Below are positions 1 through 9,950 of a DNA stretch of 64,000 bases, piece by piece; the stretch's first letter is position 1; each line of letters opens with the position of its first letter. The DNA comes from Parcubacteria group bacterium (GTDB lineage Bacteria > Patescibacteriota > Minisyncoccia > Phycocordibacterales > UBA2135): NCBI GenBank assembly GCA_016176785.1, contig JACOWN010000005.1:1202-65201 (forward strand), written 5' to 3'. A program made the position numbers and the translations under genes. The notes beneath the pieces were generated by a model that was given only the letters and a program-made list of their open reading frames with translations, did no database searches and was not told the origin of the DNA.

Positions 1-6
1 GAAAGC

Positions 7-876
7 GTGTTCGCGCGCACCGACGAGATGGTCGCACGAGGAGGAAAGCATTATCGCTCTGATGCGCTCTGCGGAAAAAAGGTTTTTCTGCTTTTTCTTG
101 AACCGTCAACGCGCACGCGCGAATCGTTCGCGGCGGCGGCGCTCGCGCTCGGCGCGTCGGTGCGCTCGCTTGATAACCCGAAGGAAACAATGTCGCTCAA
201 AAAAGGCGAGACGCTTTCCGAAACCGTTTACACGCTCAGCCGCTACTACGACGCCATCGTACTGCGGCAGAGTGAAGCGTATGTGGCGCGCGAAGCGGCG
301 CTCGCGAGCAGTGTCCCCGTCATCAACGCAGGCGACGGCCCCAACGAGCACCCGACGCAGGCGATCCTCGACCTCTATACCGTGAGGGAGTGGCACAAAA
401 AAATTGACGGGCTCACGGTGCTTATTGCGGGCGACCTTATGTACGGACGCACGGTGCATTCGCTCGTCTACGCGCTTTCGCTCTACAAAATAAAAAAACT
501 CATTTTCGTTCCGCACCCCCTTCTTCCTCTCCCGCGGCAAGTGCAGAAATACGCCGAACTGCACGGCATCCCTTGTGAGGAAACGGACTGCTTCTGGCGC
601 GCGGTTCCCGAGGCGGACGTCATTTACCAGACGCGAGTGCAGAAGGAGCGGCTAAAAGACGAAGCGGTTGCCGCCGATAGCGCCCCGAAGATAGATGAAC
701 ACATTCTCGCGGTAACAAAAAAGGATGCCTGCATCCTTCATCCACTCCCGCACGGCGGCGAACTCGCTCGCACGGCGCTTGAAGACCCGCGCACGCTCTG
801 CTTCAGCGCGCAGGAAGACAACGGCCTCTTCACGCGCATGGCGCTCCTTGAAATGATTTTTGAGCAGACGAACTGA
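7..876 (+). CDS. pyrB: Aspartate carbamoyltransferase catalytic subunit (5' end probably outside the window)
   Basis: EPSTRT, KKGET, INAGDG..HPTQA and HPLP motifs. Confidence 0.93.
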   Translation: MFARTDEMVARGGKHYRSDALCGKKVFLLFLEPSTRTRESFAAAALALGASVRSLDNPKETMSLKKGETLSETVYTLSRYYDAIVLRQSEAYVAREAALASSVPVINAGDGPNEHPTQAILDLYTVREWHKKIDGLTVLIAGDLMYGRTVHSLVYALSLYKIKKLIFVPHPLLPLPRQVQKYAELHGIPCEETDCFWRAVPEADVIYQTRVQKERLKDEAVAADSAPKIDEHILAVTKKDACILHPLPHGGELARTALEDPRTLCFSAQEDNGLFTRMALLEMIFEQTN

Positions 877-886
877 TACAAAACAT

Positions 887-909
887 CCTACCCAAAAGGT
901 AGGTTTTTT
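887..909 (+). terminator. Intrinsic terminator between convergent pyrB and rpsT
   Basis: CCTACC-caaaa-GGTAGG followed by a T run. Confidence 0.65.
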
Positions 910-936
910 GTTCCGATGCGGCGCAGTACCGCGCCG

Positions 937-1200
937 CTACGCAACTCGCCTCGTTAAGCGCACCAGATTTGATTTTTTCCGCGCGGCGGTGTTTTTTTTG
1001 AAAATACCGCGCTTCAGCGCTTTGTCAATCGCTTTATAGGCCTCGGGGATAAGCCGCTCCGCTCCGGCGCGGTCGTTCGCCTCCGTCAATTTGCGCATGC
1101 GCCTTACGATATCGCGCACCGCCTTTCTCCGGCGGTCGTTCACCTCCCGTTTGCGCGCCGCCGCGCGGAGCGCTTTTTTTGCCGACGATGTAATGGCCAT
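937..1200 (-). CDS. rpsT: 30S ribosomal protein S20
   Basis: MAITSSAKKALR...AIDKA.KRG..KKNTAARKKS. Confidence 0.96.
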   Translation of the reverse strand: MAITSSAKKALRAAARKREVNDRRRKAVRDIVRRMRKLTEANDRAGAERLIPEAYKAIDKALKRGIFKKNTAARKKSNLVRLTRRVA

Positions 1201-1295
1201 AGATAGAGGGAAGTATAGCCATTTCGCTTAAAAATGCAAGGCGGCAGATGACCTGCGCGGTTTAAAAACGGCTTCCGGTGCGCTATCATGGAACC

Positions 1296-1868
1296 ATGAT
1301 CGCTCACCTTGAAGGCATCGTCTTTCATAAGGATTTATTGTACCTTGTCCTTGAAACGGGGGGCGTGGGCTACCGTGTCTACGCCACTCCCGAGGTTCTG
1401 GGGGAAGCGCGTGTGGGCGCCTCCTATGCACTGTGGACGCATTACGCCGCCAAAGAAGAGACAACGGAACTCTACGGTTTTCGCACGAAAGAAGAGCTTG
1501 ATTTCTTCGGCCTTCTTCTCGGCGTTTCCGGCATCGGCCCGAAATCCGCGCTTGCCATTCTTTCGCTCGCTCCCGTTGAGACGCTTGCGAAAGCGATCGC
1601 CGCCGATGACACGGCATACCTTACCAAGGTCTCGGGGATCGGGAAGAAAACGGCTGCAAAAATCGTCCTGGAACTCAAAGAAAAGGTTGCCGCCGCGGAA
1701 GAAGAGGGAACGGCGCTTGGCCGCAGAGAAACGGGAGACGCGCTTGAAGCGCTCGCCGCGCTCGGCTATCCGCTCAAAGACGCGCGGGATGCGCTCCGTT
1801 CAGTCGGCGAAACGGCCCGCGGAACGAATGAGAAAATAAAAGAAGCGCTTAAATTGTTGAGCCGATAA
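1296..1868 (+). CDS. ruvA: Holliday junction DNA-binding subunit RuvA
   Basis: MIAHLEG, LYGF, two HhH motifs (GIGPK, GIGKK), ALxALGY; start moved to ATG 1296. Confidence 0.96.
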   Translation: MIAHLEGIVFHKDLLYLVLETGGVGYRVYATPEVLGEARVGASYALWTHYAAKEETTELYGFRTKEELDFFGLLLGVSGIGPKSALAILSLAPVETLAKAIAADDTAYLTKVSGIGKKTAAKIVLELKEKVAAAEEEGTALGRRETGDALEALAALGYPLKDARDALRSVGETARGTNEKIKEALKLLSR

Positions 1869-1890
1869 TTTTCCCGCGTTTCATCTCACT

Positions 1891-3174
1891 ATGATTGATG
1901 CCGTACTCTACCGCATAAAAAAAATCATCCCGCCGCGGCTTTTTCGCGCCTTGCAGCCGCTCTACCATTACACTCTCGCCTTCCTTGCGGCGCTCGTGTA
2001 CCGCTTCCCCGCGCGAAAACTTATCGTCGTCGGCGTAACCGGCACGAAGGGCAAAACAAGCGTCATTGAGATAGCCAATGCGATCTTTGAGGCCGCCGGC
2101 TACACGACCGCCGTCGCAAACACCGTGCGCTTCAAGATCGGGAACGAATCGCATGACAATGAGTTCAAAATGACGATGCCGGGGCGCTTTTTTCTCCAAC
2201 GATTTCTGCGCCGCGCGGTCAGGCAAAAATGCAACTACGCTTTTATAGAAATGACCTCGGAAGGGGCGAAACTGTTCCGTCACGCCTTCATTGCGCTTGA
2301 CGCGCTTATTTTCACCAATCTTGCGCCGGAGCATATAGAATCGCACGGCGGCTACGAGGCGTATCGCGACGCGAAGCTCTCGTTCGCGCGCGCGCTTGAG
2401 CGGTCGTCCAAAAAACGCCGCGTTATCGTCGCGAACCGCGACGATAACGAGGGCGGGCGTTTTCTTGCCGTTGACGTGCCGGAAAAGTACCCCTACGGCC
2501 TCGCCGACGGAGAGCCGTATGTCGCCAAAAAAGAAGGGCTTGAGTTCACTTTCCGCGGGCGGCGCATCGCGGCGCATTTATCCGGCGTATTCAACCTTTC
2601 AAACATTCTCGCTGCGGCGGCGTACGCGGCAAGCCAGGGCATCGGCGTTGATACCGTCGCGCGCGCGGTTGAATCGTTCCGCGGCATTCCGGGCCGCATG
2701 GAAAAAATAGACGAAGGCCAGCAGTTCACCGTCATCGTTGATTACGCGCACACGCCCGATTCGCTTGAAAAAGTGTACGAGGTGTTCCAGTCGGCGAAAA
2801 AAATATGCGTTCTCGGAGCGGCGGGGGGCGGCCGCGACGCGTGGAAGCGAAAGGAGATGGGCCGCATTGCCGGAAAACACTGCACGGAGATCGTGCTGAC
2901 GAACGAGGACCCGTACGACGAAGACCCCGAGAGCATCGTCCGCGCCGTCGCGGAGGGTATCGCGCGTCCCGTGTATGCCGTTATCATGGACCGGCGCGCC
3001 GCCATCCGCCACGCGCTTCTCCGCGCAACTGCGGGAGACGCGGTCATTATCACCGGCAAGGGAACCGACCCCTACCTTATGGGCCCCAACAACACCAAAC
3101 TCCCGTGGAGCGACGCGGCAGTCGCGCGTGAAGAATTGCGCGCCGTGCTGATGAACGCTACACTTAAAAGTTAA
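1891..3174 (+). CDS. murE: UDP-N-acetylmuramyl-tripeptide synthetase (MurE-like Mur ligase)
   Basis: GVTGTKGKTS P-loop, FTNL.PEH, VDYAHTPD, TNEDP. Confidence 0.9.
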   Translation: MIDAVLYRIKKIIPPRLFRALQPLYHYTLAFLAALVYRFPARKLIVVGVTGTKGKTSVIEIANAIFEAAGYTTAVANTVRFKIGNESHDNEFKMTMPGRFFLQRFLRRAVRQKCNYAFIEMTSEGAKLFRHAFIALDALIFTNLAPEHIESHGGYEAYRDAKLSFARALERSSKKRRVIVANRDDNEGGRFLAVDVPEKYPYGLADGEPYVAKKEGLEFTFRGRRIAAHLSGVFNLSNILAAAAYAASQGIGVDTVARAVESFRGIPGRMEKIDEGQQFTVIVDYAHTPDSLEKVYEVFQSAKKICVLGAAGGGRDAWKRKEMGRIAGKHCTEIVLTNEDPYDEDPESIVRAVAEGIARPVYAVIMDRRAAIRHALLRATAGDAVIITGKGTDPYLMGPNNTKLPWSDAAVAREELRAVLMNATLKS

Positions 3175-3188
3175 TCGGCATTCTATAC

Positions 3189-4121
3189 ATGAAATTTCTC
3201 TCCGGTTTTCTTTTCGTACTCCTCGTGCTCTGGGTTGCGTGGTTTATGACCGGCGGCCCCACGCGCGAGTCCGCGTGGAGCGGCCCGTTCCTTTCTCCGC
3301 CATCGCCTGTCGGCCCGGGCGGAACGTACGGCACGGAATCCAATGGTGACGGCGCGGCGGAAACCGTTCCGCCGGAAGTCGCTGACATTCAAGAAACCCT
3401 GAGGCGGCAGGGATTTGACGAGAATACCGTAGTAAAAACAACGGGCATATCGCTGTTCGGCGACCGCATTTCATTCGGCGGTTTTCCGCCGACCGGAGCG
3501 AGGGATGCGAGCGAAGAATATCTGGAGGTCCGCGCGTCGTCCAACAACAAAGAGCCGATCAATATCTCGGGGTGGCGGCTCAAAAGCATCGCTACGGGGC
3601 ATGAGGCGACGGTCGGCCAAGGGGCGTACCTTCCCCGCTCCGGAAAGGTTAACACCGAGCAGCCGATCTTTCTTGCGCCCGGAGAACGCGCGTACGTCGT
3701 GACCGGTTCCTCTCCGGTCGGCGTCTCCTTTCGCCTCAATATCTGCTCCGGTTATCTCGGACGATTCCAGACATTCGTCCCCTCTCTTCCCGCCGATTGC
3801 CCGCGGCCGGAAGAGGGATACCCCGACAGCGGGACGCCCGCATCCGACAAGTGCCTTGATTACCTGGAAACCATCAACCGATGCTCGGCGCACATAGCGG
3901 CGTTGCCGCTCTCGCTTGCCGACAATCCATCGTGCCAGGATTACATTTCCCAATACGTCAATTACAATGGGTGCGTTGACCTCTATAAAAATAAAGCCGC
4001 CTTTTACAAGCCGGAGTGGCGCGTCTATCTCAAAAAGACGCAAAAACTCTGGAAAGAAAGCAGGGAGATCATCGTCCTCTACGACACTGAGGGAAAAATC
4101 GTTGATTCAATTTCATACTGA
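3189..4121 (+). CDS. Membrane-anchored Cys-rich hypothetical protein with a lamin-tail-like domain
   Basis: N-terminal TM, EEYLEV..INISGWRL pattern, several Cys. Confidence 0.6.
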   Translation: MKFLSGFLFVLLVLWVAWFMTGGPTRESAWSGPFLSPPSPVGPGGTYGTESNGDGAAETVPPEVADIQETLRRQGFDENTVVKTTGISLFGDRISFGGFPPTGARDASEEYLEVRASSNNKEPINISGWRLKSIATGHEATVGQGAYLPRSGKVNTEQPIFLAPGERAYVVTGSSPVGVSFRLNICSGYLGRFQTFVPSLPADCPRPEEGYPDSGTPASDKCLDYLETINRCSAHIAALPLSLADNPSCQDYISQYVNYNGCVDLYKNKAAFYKPEWRVYLKKTQKLWKESREIIVLYDTEGKIVDSISY

Positions 4122-4161
4122 CATCTCCGGAGGGCAGAGCGTGGCGGGTGTTCCCTGTTTT

Positions 4162-4644
4162 TTATACGTCAAGAAATCGGAATAAAATGATGCCTGCGGC
4201 GACGGAGACGTTGAGCGACTCTTTTGCGCCGCGCATGGGGATCTCAATAACGGCATCGCAACGCAGACGAACCGCGCGCGAAAGCCCGCGCGCTTCGTTG
4301 CCGAACACAAAAGCGGTCTTGGAGCGCGCCCGCGCTTTTTTATAATCAAGGGCGCGTGGCGCCCGCTCAACGGCAACGCAGTAATACCCGTCTTTTTTGA
4401 GTTCGCGAAGAAGCGCGCCGATATTCTCCCGCGTTTCCCACGGCACCGCTTTCTCTGCGCCCAGCGCCGTTTTTGAAATGTCCTTGCGCGCCCTCCCGAA
4501 TCGGTCAACCGGCGCGGGTGTGTAGCCGGAGAGGTATATCTTTGAAATGCCAGCTGCGTCCGCCGTCCGGAATATCGCCCCGACATTGTAGGCGCTGCGG
4601 ACATTATGGAGCACCGCGACGGCGTGCGGCTTTTTCGGTTTCAT
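4162..4644 (-). CDS. TrmH/SpoU family RNA methyltransferase
   Basis: LHNVRSAYNVGAIFRTAD, FGNEARGL, SLNVSVA; start at ATG 4644. Confidence 0.9.
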   Translation of the reverse strand: MKPKKPHAVAVLHNVRSAYNVGAIFRTADAAGISKIYLSGYTPAPVDRFGRARKDISKTALGAEKAVPWETRENIGALLRELKKDGYYCVAVERAPRALDYKKARARSKTAFVFGNEARGLSRAVRLRCDAVIEIPMRGAKESLNVSVAAGIILFRFLDV

Positions 4645-4741
4645 GGCATTGAGCATACCATGGGCGTTTCGTAGCCCAAAGAGAAACAGCCCCTGGCTTC
4701 CCTTGTTTTTTATCGCGCCCCCGCATGGTATACTTTCTCCT

Positions 4742-5101
4742 ATGCTAAGCGTTTTTCCCGACCTTTTGACCTTTGGGCTCCTCGCGCCGGTCATTATCCG
4801 CATTTTTGTTGGGGCATTGTTTGTTTTGAGCGGCTGGAACGGTTGCCGTCGACTTTTTCAAGAAAAAAACCGAAAGGGCGCTTGGTATATGCACTGCGCG
4901 GTGAGCGCCGTTTCGCTTATTGCGGGGATGCTTGTGTTCGTGGGGCTTTTCACTCAACCGGCGGCGCTCGTTCTTGCGGTTATTTCTCTGGCGCGCGTCC
5001 GCGACAAAGACGACCGCCTTCTGTATCTCCTCTTATTCGCCATGGCGCTTTCGCTCCTCTTTTCAGGCGCCGGCTTTTTCGCGTTTGATTTGCCTCTTTA
5101 A
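4742..5101 (+). CDS. DoxX-like small membrane protein
   Basis: Four hydrophobic segments, GLFTQ and GAGFFAFDLPL; start at ATG 4742. Confidence 0.7.
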   Translation: MLSVFPDLLTFGLLAPVIIRIFVGALFVLSGWNGCRRLFQEKNRKGAWYMHCAVSAVSLIAGMLVFVGLFTQPAALVLAVISLARVRDKDDRLLYLLLFAMALSLLFSGAGFFAFDLPL

Positions 5102-5185
5102 TTTAATCGGAAGATGTTGGTTGAGGCGAGCATGCCAGCCCAAAAAGTTGAAAAACCATGATTTTGTGGTAGTATTTTCGCATAG

Positions 5186-5258
5186 CCGCCCATAGCTCAG
5201 TTGGTAGAGCAGCTCCCTTTTAAGGAGAGGGTCGCAGGTTCGAATCCTGCTGGGCGGA
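5186..5258 (+). tRNA. tRNA-Lys(TTT)
   Basis: CCGCCCA/TGGGCGG acceptor stem, TAGCTCAGTTGGTAGAGC D arm, CTTTTAA loop, GGTTCGAATCC. Confidence 0.95.
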
Positions 5259-5328
5259 CAAAAGGAGGTTGGTACGATCACGCAGTCAGGAGAGAAATAC
5301 CGCCTTACAAAACAAGAGGTCTCCTCGG

Positions 5329-5386
5329 TTATCCACTTATCCACAGTATCCACAACTTGCACAACGGGTGGGGCACGACGTATACT
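5329..5386 (+). promoter_or_regulatory. Tandem DnaA boxes overlapping a sigma70-like promoter
   Basis: TTATCCACT, TTATCCACA, GTATCCACA; TTGCAC-N18-TATACT. Confidence 0.65.
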
Positions 5387-5392
5387 ACAAGC

Positions 5393-5597
5393 AGACCTTG
5401 AAAATTGTTTTCAGGGCAACGCTACGCCTTCGATAGGCGGAACAAATCGGCCTTTTGAAAAACATTTTCGGTTCTGTTCTTTTTGTGTTAGTACAAAACA
5501 ATATGACATAGCACTGCTCGTTCGTTTAGTTTAGGGATTTTTCTCCTCCCTAACACCGAAGCCCGCCATTTTTTTCTCCTCGGCGGGCTTCATTTTG
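5393..5597 (+). ncRNA. Candidate structured small RNA
   Basis: Promoter upstream, several hairpins, no ORF, GAAGCCCGCC/GGCGGGCTTC terminator. Confidence 0.45.
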
Positions 5598-5683
5598 TCC
5601 AAAAAACAAGAAGTCCCGCCCGCAAAGCGGGACGCCTCTGTTTTTTGAGGGTCTCGCACCTGGTTTGAGCAAAAAAATAAGAC

Positions 5684-6415
5684 CTATATCCTCAAAACAA
5701 ACTTTTCAAGCGCCACGGGGAGCGTGTCGCCGCCTTGCCGCACCTCGTGATAGGCGCGAACGAGGTCGGAAGAGAGTTTTTTCAGCTCATCTTCCGTATA
5801 TTTTTTCATACAACTCAACGCTTTTCGGAGAACAAAGGGCGGGAGGCGGAGCGCGGAAACGGCACGCGCGCCCCGCGTCTGCGCTTGTTTCACCGAGCAG
5901 AGCGTTTTAACCTGCCAAAACAAAGCTCCGTGAACCGCTTCCGGCTCTTTACCGTCCCTCCAGAGCGTTTGGAGCGTTACCCACGCCGCCCGCCGATCCC
6001 TTCGCCCCACCGCATCGGTCAGAGAAAAAACGGCGCGGTCCCGCGGCGCCGCGGCAGGTTCTTCTCGCGGCTCCCATACTTTCTCGGCATTGCGCGCCAA
6101 AACGGCAAGCATCTTTCGCGGCAAAGCGTTCTCGCACACGACGAAAACCGCCGGCGAAGCGGCAAGCAGTGCGGCGTTCTCCGCAATGAACGAAGCGGCG
6201 TCGTCGTTTTGAAAAACGTCATGAAGCACGACGGTGCTTGACGGCTCAAAGAGGCTCGAGGATCGCGCCCGTTCTTCAAGCGCCGCCACCGAAACGGAGT
6301 CGCCGTCAAAAGAAAAGAACGGCGCGTCCGGCTTTTTTTTGCGGAGGGCGTCAACAAAAGCGCGCTGTTGCGCTTTTATTTTTGGGGAGTCAAAGCCCGT
6401 GAAGAGATAAAGCAT
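5684..6415 (-). CDS. holA: DNA polymerase III delta subunit (short CPR type)
   Basis: MLYLFTG, SSLF, VFSLTDAVG, LFWQ, ALEKFVL. Confidence 0.85.
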   Translation of the reverse strand: MLYLFTGFDSPKIKAQQRAFVDALRKKKPDAPFFSFDGDSVSVAALEERARSSSLFEPSSTVVLHDVFQNDDAASFIAENAALLAASPAVFVVCENALPRKMLAVLARNAEKVWEPREEPAAAPRDRAVFSLTDAVGRRDRRAAWVTLQTLWRDGKEPEAVHGALFWQVKTLCSVKQAQTRGARAVSALRLPPFVLRKALSCMKKYTEDELKKLSSDLVRAYHEVRQGGDTLPVALEKFVLRI

Positions 6416-6503
6416 ATTCCTATTGTAACGCTGTCAAGTTCCGAGGCAATACGGGCGTGTGATACCGTTAGACGAGGAATGAGAACTTTAGCGGGAGCCC
6501 GCG

Positions 6504-6995
6504 ATGGTTTTTGCGAGAGCCGTGTTTTTTGTCATCTTGTTTTTTCTGCTTGGTTCGTGCTCAACGGTGCATAATTACACGAACGGCTGGGAAGCCGAGC
6601 TCGCGGACAGGACGGCTGTCATACGAAAAACAACGATGGAGGAAACGGTCCGCATATGCAATTACCGTTTCAAGATCGGCGCTTTCCCACCGCTTGTCTT
6701 TCTCGGCGCATGCACGGCGTGGGGCGATTCATACGACGAGGGATTGCCCGATATTGAAGTCATCATTTCCGATTGGGATTTTTTGAAACACGAGTTGTAC
6801 CAGGCGGCCGTTGACTGGGTCAACGTCGGCCATCGGGACCTTGTAATGACAGAGTGGCCCGCCGAAGCAATCTTCCTTGAATCTGAAGCGAGCGCGGAGG
6901 GTTTTGAAAAACTGTGGTCAACGCTCAAAGCATACGACAGGCAGGATTTTATCGTTTCGTTTGTGAAACCTCCGGAGCATCCCCTTCCTCCGTAG
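6504..6995 (+). CDS. Hypothetical lipoprotein
   Basis: Hydrophobic N-terminus ending in LLGSC; GGGAG SD upstream. Confidence 0.6.
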   Translation: MVFARAVFFVILFFLLGSCSTVHNYTNGWEAELADRTAVIRKTTMEETVRICNYRFKIGAFPPLVFLGACTAWGDSYDEGLPDIEVIISDWDFLKHELYQAAVDWVNVGHRDLVMTEWPAEAIFLESEASAEGFEKLWSTLKAYDRQDFIVSFVKPPEHPLPP

Positions 6996-7016
6996 GAAGC
7001 ACGCGGCTTGTGGTCT

Positions 7017-9410
7017 TCATGAGCCGCTTTTTTGGTGCGCGCGCCACGCTTCCATTTCCCCCCAATTTTTTCCAACCGACGCATCGGCGACGAGCGGAAC
7101 ATCGTTTTCAATAACGCGCTCCATCGCGCGCTTGACGGTCGGCACGGCCTTGTCCACGGCGTCTTCCGCGACTTCGTAGAGCAACTCGTCGTGCACCTGA
7201 AGAATGAGGAACGCTTTGCCGTGCAGGTCGTTCTCCAGAAGCGCGGCGTCCGCGCGCACCATTGCGAGTTTTACAATGTCCGCGGCGGTGCCTTGTATCG
7301 GCGCATTGACCGCCATGCGTTCGGCGGCGCTTCTGATGTACGGAATCCTTGAATTGATGCCCTCAAAGTACCGCCGCCGCCCGAAAAGCGTCTCCGTATA
7401 CCCGCGCCGCGCCGCCTCCGTCTTCAGCGTTTCAAGGTATGCCGCGACTCCGGGGAACTCGCTGAAATAATTATGGTAAAAATGCTCCGCTTCTTCGCGC
7501 GTGCCGCCCAGATTTTTCTGCAGACTGGAAACCCCCATGCCGTAAATGATGCCGAAATTGATGACCTTCGCCTGCCGCCGCATGTCTTTCGTTACGGCGT
7601 CCTGCGGAACGCCGAATACGCGGGATGCGACCGCGGCATGCACGTCCCTGCCTTCCTTGAAAATGCGCGCCAAGTCCTTGTCGCCAGAAAGCATCGCAAG
7701 CGCGCGGAGCTCAATCTGCGAATAATCAAGCGCCACGAGCCGAAATCCCGCCGAAGCGATGAAGGCGCGCCTGATGCGCGCGCCGCGCTCTCCTTTGACG
7801 GGAATGTTCTGCATGTTCGGATTCTCCGACGCCATGCGCCCCGTCGTCGTGCCCGCTTGGAGAAAGGTGGTGTGGAGGCGGCCCGCCGCATCAACCGCGG
7901 CGGGTATGGCGTCAAGGTATGTTGAGACGAGTTTTTGCAGCTCGCGGAACGAGAGAATGTCGGGAATAACGGGGTGAGCTCCGCGCAATTTCAGAAGCTC
8001 CGATTCGCGCGTTGAACGCTGTCCGCCCTCCGTTTTCTTGAGACCTTTCGCGGTGAGCCCCAGACGGTCAAACAAAACTCCGGCAAGTTGTTTCGGCGAG
8101 TTGATGTTGAAGCGGGCGCCGGCATGTTTCCAGATTTTCTGTGCCAGCGCATCCAGTTCTTTGTGGTAGTCGCGCGAGAGCGCCTTCAGGTACGGGACGT
8201 CAACGAGAATGCCGCGCTTTTCCGCGGCGCGAAGGAGAGGAATAAGAGGCAATTCAATGTCGCGGTAGACGCGAAGCAAACCGCGCTCCTCAAGTTCGGA
8301 CGTGAGTTTCACGCGCGCCTCGGTAAGCGTGTCGGCGCGCGCGTATCTCAAGACGTCTTCGCGCGACGGAGTGGTGAGGTCCGAATTGATGAGCCAGAGC
8401 GCAAGCGCGAGACGCGCGATTTCCTCGCGGTCCGGCTCTCCTTCTCCGGATGATGCCGCGGGGGGAGATTCCGCGCCGGCGCTTTTCCGCACGCGGTCCA
8501 CCAACGCGCGAAAATCAAGGTCTTGGAAAAGACGGGTGACATTGTCGGGCGTGAACGACTCCCGCCACGATGCGCGCGGAAGCGCAAAAGAGATCGGCGT
8601 ATCGCGGCGGATAGAAGCGAGCGTTTTGGAAAAGAGCGCCTCTTCTTCGCCCTCTTTAAGAAGCGCAGTAACGCGTTCTTTGACCCCTTTCTTGAGGAAC
8701 GCCGCGGGATTTTTTCTCAACGCCGCATACACGCGTTCAACGGAGCCGAACAACTGAACGAGCTGCGCCGCGGTTTTTTCGCCGATGCCGCGAATGCCGG
8801 GGATGTTGTCCGACGGATCGCCGCGAAATCCCTTGAAATCGGCGAGGTACTTCGGCGCAAATCCGAAACGCGCCTTGACCGCCTCTTCGTCATAGAGAAT
8901 GGTATCGGAAATGCCTTTTTTCAAGGTGTATACGCGCACGCGCTTGCCGTCAACAAGCTGGAGCGTGTCCATGTCGCCGGAGGCGATGATGATCTCAAGG
9001 TCGCCGCGCTCAAGCTGTTTTTTCATCTGCGCGACGATGGTGCCGATAACGTCGTCCGCCTCAAAACCCTCTTTTTCATAGAGGGGTATGCCGAATGCCG
9101 TAAAGATGTCGCGCGACCGGTTCATCTGGTGCACGAGCGCTTCATCGGCCGCCGGCCGCGTCGCTTTGTACTTTTCATACGCCTCGTGGCGGAATGTCGG
9201 TCCGGGCAGGTCGTAGCATGCGGCAAGGTAGTCGGGCGAAAGGTCCTGAATGATCTTGATGAGCATTGCGGAAAGCCCGTAGAGGCCGCCGGTCGGCTCG
9301 CCTTTGCGCGACGAAAAATCCGGCAGCGCGTGATATGCGCGGTGGAGTATCGCATGGGCGTCCAAAAGCACGAGGCGTTTTTTCTTTTTTTTCTTCGGTT
9401 CTTTACTCAT
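7017..9410 (-). CDS. polA: DNA polymerase I (5'-3' exonuclease plus polymerase, reduced 3'-5' exonuclease region)
   Basis: EADDVIGT, GDPSDNIPG, TTTGRMAS, DYSQIELR, INFGIIYG, LQVHDEL. Confidence 0.97.
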   Translation of the reverse strand: MSKEPKKKKKKRLVLLDAHAILHRAYHALPDFSSRKGEPTGGLYGLSAMLIKIIQDLSPDYLAACYDLPGPTFRHEAYEKYKATRPAADEALVHQMNRSRDIFTAFGIPLYEKEGFEADDVIGTIVAQMKKQLERGDLEIIIASGDMDTLQLVDGKRVRVYTLKKGISDTILYDEEAVKARFGFAPKYLADFKGFRGDPSDNIPGIRGIGEKTAAQLVQLFGSVERVYAALRKNPAAFLKKGVKERVTALLKEGEEEALFSKTLASIRRDTPISFALPRASWRESFTPDNVTRLFQDLDFRALVDRVRKSAGAESPPAASSGEGEPDREEIARLALALWLINSDLTTPSREDVLRYARADTLTEARVKLTSELEERGLLRVYRDIELPLIPLLRAAEKRGILVDVPYLKALSRDYHKELDALAQKIWKHAGARFNINSPKQLAGVLFDRLGLTAKGLKKTEGGQRSTRESELLKLRGAHPVIPDILSFRELQKLVSTYLDAIPAAVDAAGRLHTTFLQAGTTTGRMASENPNMQNIPVKGERGARIRRAFIASAGFRLVALDYSQIELRALAMLSGDKDLARIFKEGRDVHAAVASRVFGVPQDAVTKDMRRQAKVINFGIIYGMGVSSLQKNLGGTREEAEHFYHNYFSEFPGVAAYLETLKTEAARRGYTETLFGRRRYFEGINSRIPYIRSAAERMAVNAPIQGTAADIVKLAMVRADAALLENDLHGKAFLILQVHDELLYEVAEDAVDKAVPTVKRAMERVIENDVPLVADASVGKNWGEMEAWRAHQKSGS

Positions 9411-9865
9411 GCTTCTTTGTTTTGATGCGTAATTTTGACGCGCCGCGTTGACCCGTCAGCCCCCTCAAAACAAATCTTCGTTGCGCCGTCGGGAAGGATT
9501 TCTTGGACGCGCTCCGCCCATTCCACAAAAATAATGTTCTTGGGATTTTCGGCAAGTTCACCCCAGCCAAGTGCGGCCAGCTCATCCGCGTTCTTGAGGC
9601 GGTAGGCGTCAATATGGATAAAATGCTCAAAATGCGGGTGGATAAGTTTATACACGCGCTCAATGACGAAAGTCGGGCTCATGACGGTCTCCGTAATGCC
9701 GAAAGCGCGCGCCGCGGCTTGAACGAACGTCGTTTTCCCGCTTCCGAGATCGCCGCAGAGCGCAACGACCGTCGCTTTCGCGTTTTTTTCGCCCGAAAGC
9801 GCGCGCGCCACTTTGTCGGCAACCGCTTGCAATTCGTCACGGCGCACTGTTTCAAAATCCGTCAT
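9407..9865 (-). CDS. tsaE: tRNA t6A biosynthesis ATPase TsaE
   Basis: GDLGSGKTTF, SPTF, HIDAYRL, VEWAE. Confidence 0.95.
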   Translation of the reverse strand: MTDFETVRRDELQAVADKVARALSGEKNAKATVVALCGDLGSGKTTFVQAAARAFGITETVMSPTFVIERVYKLIHPHFEHFIHIDAYRLKNADELAALGWGELAENPKNIIFVEWAERVQEILPDGATKICFEGADGSTRRVKITHQNKEA

Positions 9866-9950
9866 GGTTTCATTCTAGCATCCGATAATAAAAGAGAAAG
9901 GCGCGTGAACCGAGGGTTCACGCGCCGTGGGCCTCTTCGCCGGCGGCGTA

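Noticed and set aside
5329-5363. Alternative oriC at the DnaA-box cluster
   Set aside because: The AT-rich, box-rich dnaA-dnaN intergenic region is the much better origin candidate.
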